Of a DNA stretch of 61,409 bases, positions 45,510 through 54,137 are shown piece after piece (positions within the stretch are counted from its first letter, which is position 1; each line of letters opens with the position of its first letter). The notes beneath the pieces were generated by a model, which had not been told where the DNA came from, did no database searches, and was given only the letters and a program-made list of their open reading frames with translations. The position numbers and the translations under genes were made by a program. The stretch comes from Oscillospiraceae bacterium (GTDB taxonomy: Bacteria > Bacillota > Clostridia > Oscillospirales > Ruminococcaceae), in assembly GCA_015067245.1 (NCBI GenBank), contig SVMV01000001.1, positions 1 through 61,409 of the forward strand, written 5' to 3'.

Positions 45510-46048
45510 TCCTGAGACTCCTTTTGAAATTTGCTAACCAGAACTTTACCGTATTTGTACTGCTTTTTAAGCTTTAAGCCGTCAATTTCAGCAGGTTTCC
45601 AGCCAAGTTCACTCTCTGCAAATATTATACCATCTTCTGCTGTTATTTCGCAAACTTTTGGCAGAATTTCGTCTAAAATTGCCATATTGTATGGTGGGTC
45701 AAGAAAAACAATGTCAAATTTATCCTTTGTAGTGCGCAAGAAGTCCTGCGAAACCATATTCACCACCCTTGCCCTGTCAAAAAGAGCACAGTTTTTAAGA
45801 TTTTTTGTAACCACATCAATAGCCTTTGGTGAGTGGTCCACAAAAACGCAGAAATTTGCACCGCGGCTTAAAGCCTCGATGCCCATCTGGCCTGTGCCTG
45901 CAAAAAGGTCCAGCACCTTTGCCCCTGGGATTATAAACTGAATTGAAGAAAAAATGCCTTCTTTTACACGGTCTATGGTTGGGCGTGTGTCCAGCCCCTC
46001 CACCGACAATAGTGGTTTGTTGCGTGCAGAACCGCTTATTACTCTCAT
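45506..46048 (-). CDS. rsmD: 16S rRNA (guanine966-N2)-methyltransferase
   Basis: MRVISGSARN..L......TRPT.DRVKE..F......I.GA.VLDLFAG.G..GIEALSRGA, and DPPY. ATGA overlap with the coaD start. Confidence 0.93.
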   Translation of the reverse strand: MRVISGSARNKPLLSVEGLDTRPTIDRVKEGIFSSIQFIIPGAKVLDLFAGTGQMGIEALSRGANFCVFVDHSPKAIDVVTKNLKNCALFDRARVVNMVSQDFLRTTKDKFDIVFLDPPYNMAILDEILPKVCEITAEDGIIFAESELGWKPAEIDGLKLKKQYKYGKVLVSKFQKESQE

Positions 46049-46153
46049 ATATATTATCCTCTTTAAATGTTAAATAAATGTATAAATTTGTAGAAAATTC
46101 TGCCGTTTTGCGCCACCGCAGGCAGCTTTGCTGCCGCAGGCAGTGGGCGGCGG

Positions 46154-47962
46154 TCAGCCGTTAAAATAATCGTAAACTGCCTTTGCATCTCTTTCGCTTA
46201 TGCCCTCGGCCTGTGCCAATTGGGCTACTGAAAGAGTTTTTATATTGGAAAGGGTTTTAAAGGCTTTCATCAGGCTTGCAGCCTTTTTCTCCCCTATACC
46301 GTCTATTTTTGTAAGTGTAACCGCATAGGCCTTGGTCTTTTGGTTTTTGCGCATATATTCAATGGAAAAACGGTGAACCTCGTCCTGTATTTCTGTGATG
46401 AATTTAAATATGCCCTTGTGCATTGCAATGGCAATTTCACCCTCTGGACCAACAAGTGCTCTGGTGCGGTGCTTTGAGTCCTTTACCATGCCAAAAACAG
46501 GCACATCTTCAAAGCTGGTGCCTTTTACAGCCTGTAAAACCGCGCTTAAATGCCCTTTGCCGCCGTCCAGCAGAATAAGGTTTGGCTTTACGCCAAACTG
46601 ACCTTTTTCACCAGCATCATATCGGTTTATGCGGCGTGTGATAACCTCTTTCATAGAGGCATAATCGTCTGTACCTGCCACAGTGTTTATCTTAAAGCGG
46701 CGATATCCTGCCTTGTAAGGTTTGCCATCGGCAAACACCACCATCCCTGCCACGCTGCTGCCGTCGCCCCAGTTGGAGATGTCGTAGCTTTCGATAAATT
46801 GAGGCGGATTTTTCAGTCCCAGCAGAGCGCCAAGCTCGTCCACAAAGCGTTCGGATTTATTAAGCCTGCCGCTTTCCCGTGCAAGACGTTCCACCGCATT
46901 GGTGTATGCCATTTTGATAATTTTTGTGTTGTCACCTTTTTGTGGCACAGCAATGGTTATTTTTTGTGTTGTCTGCCTGTGGATATATTCCAAGATTGCT
47001 TCGTCCAGTGGAAGTTCGTCCAGAAAAATATTTTTGGGCGGCATCTCTCTTGAATAGAACTGCAGCAAAAAGCTTTGACGCACCTCGTTTGCGTCGGTTT
47101 CGCCAAAGAAAACGTGTTCTTTTTTATCCACAAGCCTTCCCTTGCGATAACGCAGCACACTTACCACACTGTTGCTGCCGCCGCAGGCAACGGCGATAAA
47201 ATCATGGTGCTGCAGGGCTTTGTCCACAACGTTCTGGCCCTGTGCCAGCTTGTTTATGGCAATAATCTGGTCACGGATAAGCGCCGCTTTTTCAAAGTTG
47301 AGATTTTCGCTGGCTTCTTCCATACTTTTTGTAAGGCTGTCCACAATTTTATCGGTATCCTGACTGATAAATTTTGTGGCGTTGGAGATAATTTCGTTGT
47401 AATCTGCCTTGCTTATTTTGCCTGTGCAGACACCCATACATTTTTTAATGTGATAGTTAAGGCAGGGGCGCTCCTTGCCAAAATCCCTTGGAAACTGACG
47501 GCTGCAGGTTGGCAGACAAAATATCTGCTGTGTTGTTGCAACCATCTCGCGCACTGCAAAGCCAGACATATACGGGCCTAAAAATTTGCCGCTGCCGTCC
47601 TGCTGAAATTCTGCTGTAATGCGTGGGTAATCTTCTTTGGATATTTTGATAAAGTTATAGCCCTTGTCGTCTTTAAGGAGAATATTGTATTTTGGGCTGT
47701 GCTGTTTTATAAGGCTGCACTCCAAGGTAAGCGCCTCGAACTCGCTGTTGGTTACAATAACATCAAAGGTGAAAGCATTTTCCACCATTTTTGTTACCTT
47801 GGCATCGTGCACTGCCCCTGGTTTAAAATATTGACTTACGCGGTTTGTCAGTCTTTTTGCCTTGCCGATGTAGATAATTTCCTCATCCTTATTGCGCATA
47901 ATGTACACGCCAGGCAGCTTTGGCAGACTTTTAGCCTTGCGAAAAAGCTCTTGTTTTGTCAT
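46154..47962 (-). CDS. uvrC: excinuclease ABC subunit C
   Basis: GIY-YIG N-terminus (LPKLPGVYIMRNKDEEIIYIGKAKRLTNRVSQYF), a UVR domain, and C-terminal (HhH)2 (IDGIGEKKA..L). Confidence 0.97.
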   Translation of the reverse strand: MTKQELFRKAKSLPKLPGVYIMRNKDEEIIYIGKAKRLTNRVSQYFKPGAVHDAKVTKMVENAFTFDVIVTNSEFEALTLECSLIKQHSPKYNILLKDDKGYNFIKISKEDYPRITAEFQQDGSGKFLGPYMSGFAVREMVATTQQIFCLPTCSRQFPRDFGKERPCLNYHIKKCMGVCTGKISKADYNEIISNATKFISQDTDKIVDSLTKSMEEASENLNFEKAALIRDQIIAINKLAQGQNVVDKALQHHDFIAVACGGSNSVVSVLRYRKGRLVDKKEHVFFGETDANEVRQSFLLQFYSREMPPKNIFLDELPLDEAILEYIHRQTTQKITIAVPQKGDNTKIIKMAYTNAVERLARESGRLNKSERFVDELGALLGLKNPPQFIESYDISNWGDGSSVAGMVVFADGKPYKAGYRRFKINTVAGTDDYASMKEVITRRINRYDAGEKGQFGVKPNLILLDGGKGHLSAVLQAVKGTSFEDVPVFGMVKDSKHRTRALVGPEGEIAIAMHKGIFKFITEIQDEVHRFSIEYMRKNQKTKAYAVTLTKIDGIGEKKAASLMKAFKTLSNIKTLSVAQLAQAEGISERDAKAVYDYFNG

Positions 47963-47974
47963 AAATCTCCTTAA

Positions 47975-48010
47975 CTAAAAAAACACCGCCCTTATAAATA
48001 AAGGCGGTGA
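47975..48010 (-). terminator. intrinsic terminator of ptsH
   Basis: Minus strand reads CACCGCC...GGCGGTG, followed by TTTTTTT. Confidence 0.7.
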
Positions 48011-48022
48011 ATGTGTTATAAA

Positions 48023-48286
48023 TTAGTCAGCAAAACCAGAATTTACAAGTTTTACCAATGCTTCAACTGCAGCTTCTTCATCCTGACCGTCAGCAATAAC
48101 ACGAATTGTTGTACCGCCTACGATACCGAGGGACAAAACGCCGAGAAGGGATTTTGCGTTAACTCTTCTTTCTTCTTTTTCTACCCAGATAGAAGATTTG
48201 AATTCGTTAGCTTTCTGAATAAAGAATGTTGCAGGACGAGCATGCAAACCAACCTGATTTTCTACTGTTACGTCTTTATAGAACAT
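48023..48286 (-). CDS. ptsH: phosphocarrier protein HPr
   Basis: His-15 site (VGLHARPAT) and Ser-46 site (NAKSLLGVLSLG). Confidence 0.95.
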   Translation of the reverse strand: MFYKDVTVENQVGLHARPATFFIQKANEFKSSIWVEKEERRVNAKSLLGVLSLGIVGGTTIRVIADGQDEEAAVEALVKLVNSGFAD

Positions 48287-48477
48287 TGTAATATCTCCTC
48301 ATAAAATAGTGCTTTGATAAGCTTAAACTGATATGTGTATATAATATAATAATTAATATAATTAGTCAACAAAATCAGGTTAAAATTTATGTTATTCACA
48401 TAGTTTTAATCAAGTTTTCAGCAAATATTTGTGCAATTTAACCATGACTTTTCAACATGATTGTTAATTTTATCTAA

Positions 48478-49203
48478 CTATTTTTTCTTTTGTTTTTTCT
48501 GGGGCAAAGGGTTGTGTGCAACATATTTTTCATAAAGGTCAGGGCGTTTTTCCTTTGTGCGCTGAAGACTGTCGTTAAAGCGGTATTCCTTTATGTTTTT
48601 TTCGTGCCCGCTAAGCAGAACATCGGGCACCTTTCTGCCTTTCCATTCGTACGGGCGTGTGTACTGTGCGTGCTCCAGCAGGCCATTATAGTGGCTTTCT
48701 TCCATAAAACCCTCACTGCTTTTAAGCACCCCTTCGCACATGCGGCAAACTGCATCGGTGATAACAAGGGCAGGCAGCTCGCCCCCTGTAAGCACAAAAT
48801 CGCCTATGGAAACCTCCATATCGGCAATCTCTTCAATAACCCTTTCGTCAATACCTTCGTAATGGCCGCACACAATGGTTATATTTTCCTTTTTACTGAG
48901 TTCAATTGCAAGCTGCTGATCAAAAACCCTGCCTGCCGCTGTGGTAAAAATAACAAAAGGCTTTGAAGAGCACTGCTGTTCAATTGCTCTGCAGCAGTCG
49001 TATACAGGCTGTGTCTGCATAACCATACCGTGACCGCCGCCATAAGGAGTATCGTCCACATTTCTGTGTTTATTCTCGGTGTAGTCCCTGATATTGAAAA
49101 CCTGCACATCAATTTTGCCTGCCGCTTTTGCACGGCCGATAATGCTGGTGTTTACCACCGTTTCGCACATTTCAGGGAACAAGGTTGCAATGTTAATCCT
49201 CAC
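48478..49203 (-). CDS. trmD: tRNA (guanine37-N1)-methyltransferase
   Basis: (V)RINIATLFPEM.., DDTPYGGGHGMVM, and GHYEGIDERV. Start set at GTG 49203 (GAGGG lies 9 nt upstream; 11-nt overlap with rimM). The ORF track starts at TTG 49218. Confidence 0.93.
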   Translation of the reverse strand: MRINIATLFPEMCETVVNTSIIGRAKAAGKIDVQVFNIRDYTENKHRNVDDTPYGGGHGMVMQTQPVYDCCRAIEQQCSSKPFVIFTTAAGRVFDQQLAIELSKKENITIVCGHYEGIDERVIEEIADMEVSIGDFVLTGGELPALVITDAVCRMCEGVLKSSEGFMEESHYNGLLEHAQYTRPYEWKGRKVPDVLLSGHEKNIKEYRFNDSLQRTKEKRPDLYEKYVAHNPLPQKKQKKK

Positions 49204-49708
49204 TGAACATACCCTCAATAACTTTTATTCTTATTTCTTTTTTGTCTATATCTGTATTTACCAGAAATTCGTCAACTGCAGGGAACATATATTCCTTGCC
49301 ATCTTCTGCTTCTATTGTGTAAACATCACTGGCACCAAAGTTGTCAACAGCTTTAACCACGCCCACAACAGCATCTGTCTGGTCATTTACCACTGTGCAG
49401 CCGATTAAATCTTCAATAAAATAAGTGCCTTCTTCCAGCTCGATTTCGTCACGGTCAAGATTTATAACCTTGCCGATAAGCTCTCTTGCCTGCTCTACCG
49501 TGTCAATTCCTTCAAACTTTATGAGCACCATATTTTTGTGGCATCTTACTTCTTCGGCATCAAAAGCCTTGTAGTGCATTTTGTTTACCTTTATATAAAA
49601 GCGGTCAAATTCTTCCAGAAATTCAGGATAGTCAGCCCAGGGATAAACCTTAACCTCGCCTTTTATGCCGTGAACAGAAACAATTTCGCCTGTTTCAATA
49701 TAATTCAT
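49193..49708 (-). CDS. rimM: ribosome maturation factor RimM
   Basis: ..GEIVSVHGIKGEVKVYPWADYPE.. N-terminal barrel and a PRC-type C-terminal domain. Immediately upstream of trmD. Confidence 0.92.
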   Translation of the reverse strand: MNYIETGEIVSVHGIKGEVKVYPWADYPEFLEEFDRFYIKVNKMHYKAFDAEEVRCHKNMVLIKFEGIDTVEQARELIGKVINLDRDEIELEEGTYFIEDLIGCTVVNDQTDAVVGVVKAVDNFGASDVYTIEAEDGKEYMFPAVDEFLVNTDIDKKEIRIKVIEGMFSED

Positions 49709-49795
49709 AATATTTTACCCCGTTAAATACAATATATTAACTTTAACTAATTTAGTATAGCATTTTTCAATGCAACTTTGCAAATATTTTAAGCA

Positions 49796-49822
49796 ACTTG
49801 GCGGCAATTTGCACATAAACTA
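49796..49822 (+). promoter_or_regulatory. sigma-K-like promoter upstream of the DUF11 gene
   Basis: AC (49796-49797), a 16-nt spacer, then CATAAACTA (49814-49822). This fits the mother-cell late consensus AC-N16/17-CATAnnnTA and lies about 50 nt before the start codon. Confidence 0.4.
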
Positions 49823-49874
49823 TACTGTGAAGCACCTTTGTTCAAGGTGAAAAATATTAAAGGAGATTTTTGAC

Positions 49875-50861
49875 TTGGAGAGATTTTACTACGAAAACGG
49901 CAGCAGCCGCTGTGCAAACAACGGATACAGTAATGAAGATTTTTACAACGGATATGACAATTATACCGATGATTATAACTATTATAACCATGAAAACAGC
50001 TACAGCAGCAAAAGCAGAATAAACAGCGGCTGTAACGACAAATTTGGCAATATTAATGACATAAGCACCGATAATACCAACAGTGGCGGCAGCAGCTGCA
50101 GAATAACAAACACAGCAACCGCACAGGGTTATCTTAATACCGAAGGCAGCTATGACAGCCTGATGGTAAACGGAGAAGACAGCATAACCATTGGCTGCAT
50201 TCTTGCCGACATAGAAAAAACTGCCGACAGAGAAACCGCCAATGCCGGAGACAGAATAAGATACACCATAACCTTTCGCAATATGTCAAGCCGCGAGATG
50301 TACAATGTTAAAATCACCGACCAGCTGCCAGACAGCATTAATGTTATTGCCACCAGTATCAACCCGTTTCCAAAAATGGGCGAAAGTCTTGAAGACGGCA
50401 TAAACCTTGGCCGCGTGGCTGCAGGCGCAAGCAAAACACTGACCTTTGCCGCAACAGTGGCCGAGGATGTAAGTGAAGACATTGTCAACCGCGCATTTGC
50501 GGATTTTAACTTTCGTGATGAAAACGGCAGAGAACAGTCTGCTTCTACACCTGTTACAAGCGTTACAACATCTGTTGAAAGTGCAGGTATAACTGTGACC
50601 AAAACCGCCGATAAAAGCTATGTAACCGCAAAGGGAGAAGTGGTTGAGTATACAATAACCGTTACAAACAATTCTTCGCACAGTATAAGCGACCTTGTTG
50701 TAACCGATAACCTGCCAGATGACCTTGGATATGTTGAAAACAGCACCACCATCAATGGTGCCAACCCTATTGATGCTGACCCTTCAGGCGGTATTTATAT
50801 AGGCAATCTGGCCAGCGGCGGACGTGTGGTTGTAAAATTCAGCGCAGCTGTAAACATCTGA
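49875..50861 (+). CDS. DUF11 ('conserved repeat domain') protein with a Tyr/Asn-rich low-complexity N-terminus; candidate spore-surface protein
   Basis: TTG start 9 nt after AAAGGAG, with no in-frame ATG for about 95 codons. N-terminus YYENGSS..NGYSNEDFYNGYDNYTDDYNYYNHENSY. Two DUF11-type units (KTADRETANAGDRIRYTITFRN.S....NVKITDQLPD..; VTKTADKSYVTAKGEVVEYTITVTNNS....DLVVTDNLPD..). No signal peptide. Confidence 0.75.
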   Translation: MERFYYENGSSRCANNGYSNEDFYNGYDNYTDDYNYYNHENSYSSKSRINSGCNDKFGNINDISTDNTNSGGSSCRITNTATAQGYLNTEGSYDSLMVNGEDSITIGCILADIEKTADRETANAGDRIRYTITFRNMSSREMYNVKITDQLPDSINVIATSINPFPKMGESLEDGINLGRVAAGASKTLTFAATVAEDVSEDIVNRAFADFNFRDENGREQSASTPVTSVTTSVESAGITVTKTADKSYVTAKGEVVEYTITVTNNSSHSISDLVVTDNLPDDLGYVENSTTINGANPIDADPSGGIYIGNLASGGRVVVKFSAAVNI

Positions 50862-50881
50862 AACTGAACAAAGGGGATTAT

Positions 50882-51223
50882 ATGAAAGCCATTGTAAATA
50901 CTGTATCTGTGCAATACTGCCGCAACAGCAAAAACTATTGTGCAACTGCAAGCTGCACTGTAAACGTGCTTTGTCTGGACAATTTTATACAGGGAGAGGT
51001 GCTGTGCAGCACAGATGATGCCAGATGGCAGGTGGAGATTGTGCAAAAGCATAGCAGCAGACCTGTATTTTCTGCTGGAGGCACAAAATCAAAAGGCTTT
51101 TGCTTTGAGCTTGACAGCAGCTTTACATACATTCTTGTTTTTAAAGGTAACAAAAACAGTGTTTTAAGGCTTTACAGCACCCCTCTGAGCGTAACGGACA
51201 TAATATACAGCGACGAAATATAA
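50882..51223 (+). CDS. 113-aa hypothetical protein (7 Cys), partner of the DUF11 gene
   Basis: AAGGGGA SD before ATG 50882, 20 nt after the DUF11 stop. The N-terminus (AIVNTVSVQY...ATASCTVNV) resembles the closing strands of a DUF11 unit. Terminator follows at 51232. Confidence 0.6.
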   Translation: MKAIVNTVSVQYCRNSKNYCATASCTVNVLCLDNFIQGEVLCSTDDARWQVEIVQKHSSRPVFSAGGTKSKGFCFELDSSFTYILVFKGNKNSVLRLYSTPLSVTDIIYSDEI

Positions 51224-51231
51224 AGCAAAAA

Positions 51232-51268
51232 TCCCACAGAACACACCTATGGTTCTGTGGGACAATTT
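51232..51268 (+). terminator. hairpin terminating the plus-strand cassette
   Basis: TCCCACAGAAC (51232-51242) / GTTCTGTGGGA (51251-51261), then CAATTTTA (modest T-run). Confidence 0.6.
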
Positions 51269-51282
51269 TATACTATACTTTC

Positions 51283-51319
51283 AAAACAAAAACCCTGCAG
51301 ATTTTTCCGCAAGGTTTTT
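51283..51319 (-). terminator. intrinsic terminator of khpA
   Basis: Minus-strand RNA AAAAACCUUGC-GGAAAAAUCU-GCAGGGUUUUU, followed by GUUUU. Confidence 0.7.
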
Positions 51320-51325
51320 ATAATT

Positions 51326-51559
51326 TTAGTCTATTTCAACAGCTACTTTTTCGCCTGCACGTGTTGCTGCAGCACGCATAACTGTACGGATAGCTTTTGC
51401 AATTCTGCCCTGTTTACCGATAACTCTGCCCATATCTTCTGGTGCAACAGAAAGGTGGAACACAATTGTGCCGTCCTCGCTTCTTTCACCGCCTGTAACG
51501 GATACAGCATCTTTGTTTTCAACAAGGCCTCTTGCAATGTTAAGCAATAATTGTTCCAT
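51326..51559 (-). CDS. khpA: KH-domain RNA-binding protein KhpA (YlqC)
   Basis: MEQLLLNIARGLVENKDAVSV......DGTIVFHLSVAPEDMGRVIGKQGRIAKAIRTV. ATG 51559 is chosen; the ORF track begins at TTG 51574, abutting rpsP. Confidence 0.9.
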   Translation of the reverse strand: MEQLLLNIARGLVENKDAVSVTGGERSEDGTIVFHLSVAPEDMGRVIGKQGRIAKAIRTVMRAAATRAGEKVAVEID

Positions 51560-51574
51560 TGCAGCCACCGTCAA

Positions 51575-51817
51575 TTAGATGATGTTGCTTTTTTTCAAAA
51601 GAACTTTAACTGTATCTGTTGGCTGAGCGCCTGTAGCAATCCATTTTTTAGCTTTTTCTGCATCGATAGAGATTGCAGCTGGTTCTTTAGTTGGGTCATA
51701 AGTACCGATTTCTTCGATAAATCTGCCGTCACGTGGGAATCTGGAATCTGCAACTACTACTCTGTAGAAAGGTGCTTTTTTTGCGCCCATACGGCGAAGT
51801 CTGATTTTTACTGCCAT
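51575..51817 (-). CDS. rpsP: 30S ribosomal protein S16
   Basis: [40 protein letters not shown]. Confidence 0.97.
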   Translation of the reverse strand: MAVKIRLRRMGAKKAPFYRVVVADSRFPRDGRFIEEIGTYDPTKEPAAISIDAEKAKKWIATGAQPTDTVKVLLKKSNII

Positions 51818-51907
51818 TTTAAATGTCCTCCAAAATAAATATTGATATAAATTTTAATTTTTTGTTTGGTATATATTAACTGCTCTTATTGGCAGATAAT
51901 ATTAAGT

Positions 51908-53233
51908 TTACATGCCTTTCATCATTCTTGCAAAGGCTTTTGGGTTTTTGGTAACCTGTTTCATCAGTTTCTGTGTCTGTTCAAACTGTTTAAGCAGTTT
52001 GTTTACCTCTGGCACTGTTGTACCTGAACCTGCAGCAATGCGTCGTTTGCGTTTAGGGTCGATGATGGAAGGTTTTGCGCGTTCGGCCTTTGTCATGGAA
52101 TTGATGATGGCCTCGGTGCGTTTGAGTTCTTTTTCGGCGCGTTCTTCATCTTCTGTTTTGATGCTGCCTGCGCCTGGAATCATGGAAAGCATACTGCTGA
52201 TGCCGCCCATTTTGTTAACCTGCTTAAGCTGTTCCAGCATATCATTCATATCAAACTTGTTGTTTTTCATACGGTCAACAAGATTTTTGCTGGATTCAAC
52301 GTCAGCAACTTCGCTTGCCTTTTCGATAAGGGAAAGCACATCGCCCATGCCGAGAATACGGCTTGCCATACGGTCAGGGTGGAAAAGCTCAAGGTCGTCA
52401 AGTTTTTCGCCTGTACCGATAAATTTGATTGGCTTGCCTGTAACAGCCTTTACACTGAGCGCAGAACCGCCGCGTGTGTCACCGTCCAGCTTTGTAACGA
52501 TAACACCGTCAAGACCGATTGTTTCGTTAAACTGTTTTGCAACGTTAACTGCGTCCTGACCTGCCATTGCGTCGATAACCAGAAGTGTTTCGGTTACGTC
52601 GATGGTGTTTTTGATTTCGGTAAGTTCTGCCATCAGCTGCTCGTCAATATGCAAACGGCCCGCTGTGTCCAGGATGAGAATATCGTTGCCGTGGTCTTTT
52701 GCGTGGTTGTAAGCCTTTTTGGCAATAACCGCAGGGTCTGTTTTACCAAGCTGAAAAACAGGTGCACCTGCCTGAGCAGCAACAATTTCAAGCTGTTCGA
52801 TAGCTGCAGGACGGTAGATGTCCAAAGCGGCAATCATCGGTCTGTGGCCCTGTTTGAGATACATCTTTGCAAGCTTTGCACAGTGGGTTGTTTTACCTGC
52901 GCCCTGCAAGCCGCACATCATAATGACTGTAGGACCTTTGTTTGCAAATTTGATGCGCTGATTCTGGCTGCCCATAAGAGCAGTAAGTTCTTCGTTAACA
53001 ATTTTGATAACCTGCTGTGCTGGCGTAAGGCTTGCCATAACTTCGGCGCCCATTGCACGTTCGGTTACTGTGTTGATAAAGTTTTTGGCAACAACAATGT
53101 TAACGTCCGCTTCAAGAAGAGCTATACGCACCTCTCGCATTGCAAGCTTTATATCCTGTTCGGTAAGCTTACCCTTGCTTTTAAGCTTTTTAAAAGCACT
53201 GCCAAGTTTCTGGCTTAAACTTTCAAATGCCAT
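51908..53233 (-). CDS. ffh: signal recognition particle protein Ffh
   Basis: N and G domains (MCGLQGAGKTT, DTAGR, TKLDGD.RGG) and a Met-rich M domain (..MGGISSMLSMIPG..). Confidence 0.97.
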   Translation of the reverse strand: MAFESLSQKLGSAFKKLKSKGKLTEQDIKLAMREVRIALLEADVNIVVAKNFINTVTERAMGAEVMASLTPAQQVIKIVNEELTALMGSQNQRIKFANKGPTVIMMCGLQGAGKTTHCAKLAKMYLKQGHRPMIAALDIYRPAAIEQLEIVAAQAGAPVFQLGKTDPAVIAKKAYNHAKDHGNDILILDTAGRLHIDEQLMAELTEIKNTIDVTETLLVIDAMAGQDAVNVAKQFNETIGLDGVIVTKLDGDTRGGSALSVKAVTGKPIKFIGTGEKLDDLELFHPDRMASRILGMGDVLSLIEKASEVADVESSKNLVDRMKNNKFDMNDMLEQLKQVNKMGGISSMLSMIPGAGSIKTEDEERAEKELKRTEAIINSMTKAERAKPSIIDPKRKRRIAAGSGTTVPEVNKLLKQFEQTQKLMKQVTKNPKAFARMMKGM

Positions 53234-53608
53234 TTAGCCCTCCTGTTCTGCCAAATCGTCGATAATTTTCATAATATCTGTTGCAGATTTATGTATATCG
53301 TCGTTGGTTGTGTAAGATGCGGAATTGTAAAAGGCGATGTTCTGTGCCAAAGTTTTGATTTTGTCTATACCAGCCATAAGGCTGCGGTATTTGTCGGCAA
53401 ATCCAACCTGTTCTTCCAGTTCCAGCAAAACACTTTCGCCTCTTTTTATGGAGTCGCGAACACCCTGACGGGTAATACCAAAGTTGTCTGCAATTTCAGA
53501 CAGAGAAAGGTCCATATTATAATACTGCTGCATCATCTCTCTCTGCTTTTCTGTAAGCACATTGCCGTAAAAATCAAGCAGATAGGACATTTCCAGATTC
53601 TTTGACAT
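53234..53608 (-). CDS. ylxM: YlxM/UPF0122 putative DNA-binding protein
   Basis: ..LLDFYGNVLTEKQREMMQQYYNMDLSLSEIADNFGITRQGVRDSIKR. The stop abuts the ffh ATG. Confidence 0.92.
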   Translation of the reverse strand: MSKNLEMSYLLDFYGNVLTEKQREMMQQYYNMDLSLSEIADNFGITRQGVRDSIKRGESVLLELEEQVGFADKYRSLMAGIDKIKTLAQNIAFYNSASYTTNDDIHKSATDIMKIIDDLAEQEG

Positions 53609-53787
53609 CTCTTCGCCTCCTTTTGTGTAAAGTTTTTATGCTTTACAAGCCTATACTATTATAGGGTAAACACCCCTGTTTGTCAACACTTTTTGTGTTA
53701 TTTTACACAAAAAAACATAAAAATTTTTTACATTGCAAAATATTCCCCTGTATCTTTGCATTTGTGACCTGCTCACCATTAAGTGCA

Positions 53788-53816
53788 TTGACTTAAGTGC
53801 GCAAAGATAATATAAT
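53788..53816 (+). promoter_or_regulatory. sigma-A promoter of csoR-copA
   Basis: TTGACT (53788-53793), a 17-nt spacer, then TATAAT (53811-53816). Confidence 0.7.
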
Positions 53817-53826
53817 TTAAGCAAAG

Positions 53827-53843
53827 ACACCCCCAGGGAGTAT
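53827..53843. promoter_or_regulatory. candidate CsoR operator
   Basis: ACACCCCCAGGGAGTAT lies just downstream of the -10 box. It resembles the GC-rich pseudo-palindrome (ATACCCCnnGGGGTAT type) bound by CsoR repressors, with mismatches. Confidence 0.45.
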
Positions 53844-53865
53844 AGGTATAAAAGGAGTGATTTTT

Positions 53866-54126
53866 ATGATGGCTGACAAGGCAAAGGTTATGCGTTTGCT
53901 TAAAACCGCCCGCGGTCAGATTGACGGAATTATAAAAATGGTAGAGGACGACCGCTACTGTATTGATATATCCAATCAGCTTATGGCATCTCAGGCTGTA
54001 CTTAACACCGCAAACAAAGAGGTGCTGAGCGCACATCTTAAGCACTGTGTAAACAATGCTGAAACAGGTGATGAGCGAAACGATAAAATAGACGAGTTTA
54101 TAAAAACTATAAGCAAAATTTTGTAA
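53866..54126 (+). CDS. csoR: CsoR-family copper-sensing repressor
   Basis: RLLKTARGQIDGIIKMVEDDRYCIDISNQLMASQAVL......VLSAHLKHCV, carrying the C..H...C ligand pattern. ATG 53866 follows AAAGGAG. Confidence 0.9.
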   Translation: MMADKAKVMRLLKTARGQIDGIIKMVEDDRYCIDISNQLMASQAVLNTANKEVLSAHLKHCVNNAETGDERNDKIDEFIKTISKIL

Positions 54127-54137
54127 AAGGAGTATGT

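Noticed and set aside
46111-46153. A GC-rich island between uvrC and rsmD carries the direct repeat CCGCAGGCAG at 46116 and 46134 around a GGCAGC..GCTGCC palindrome.
   Set aside because: It forms only a 6-bp stem with no clear T-run, and I recognise no motif. It is most simply a weak terminator or stabiliser after uvrC. There is too little signal to call a feature.
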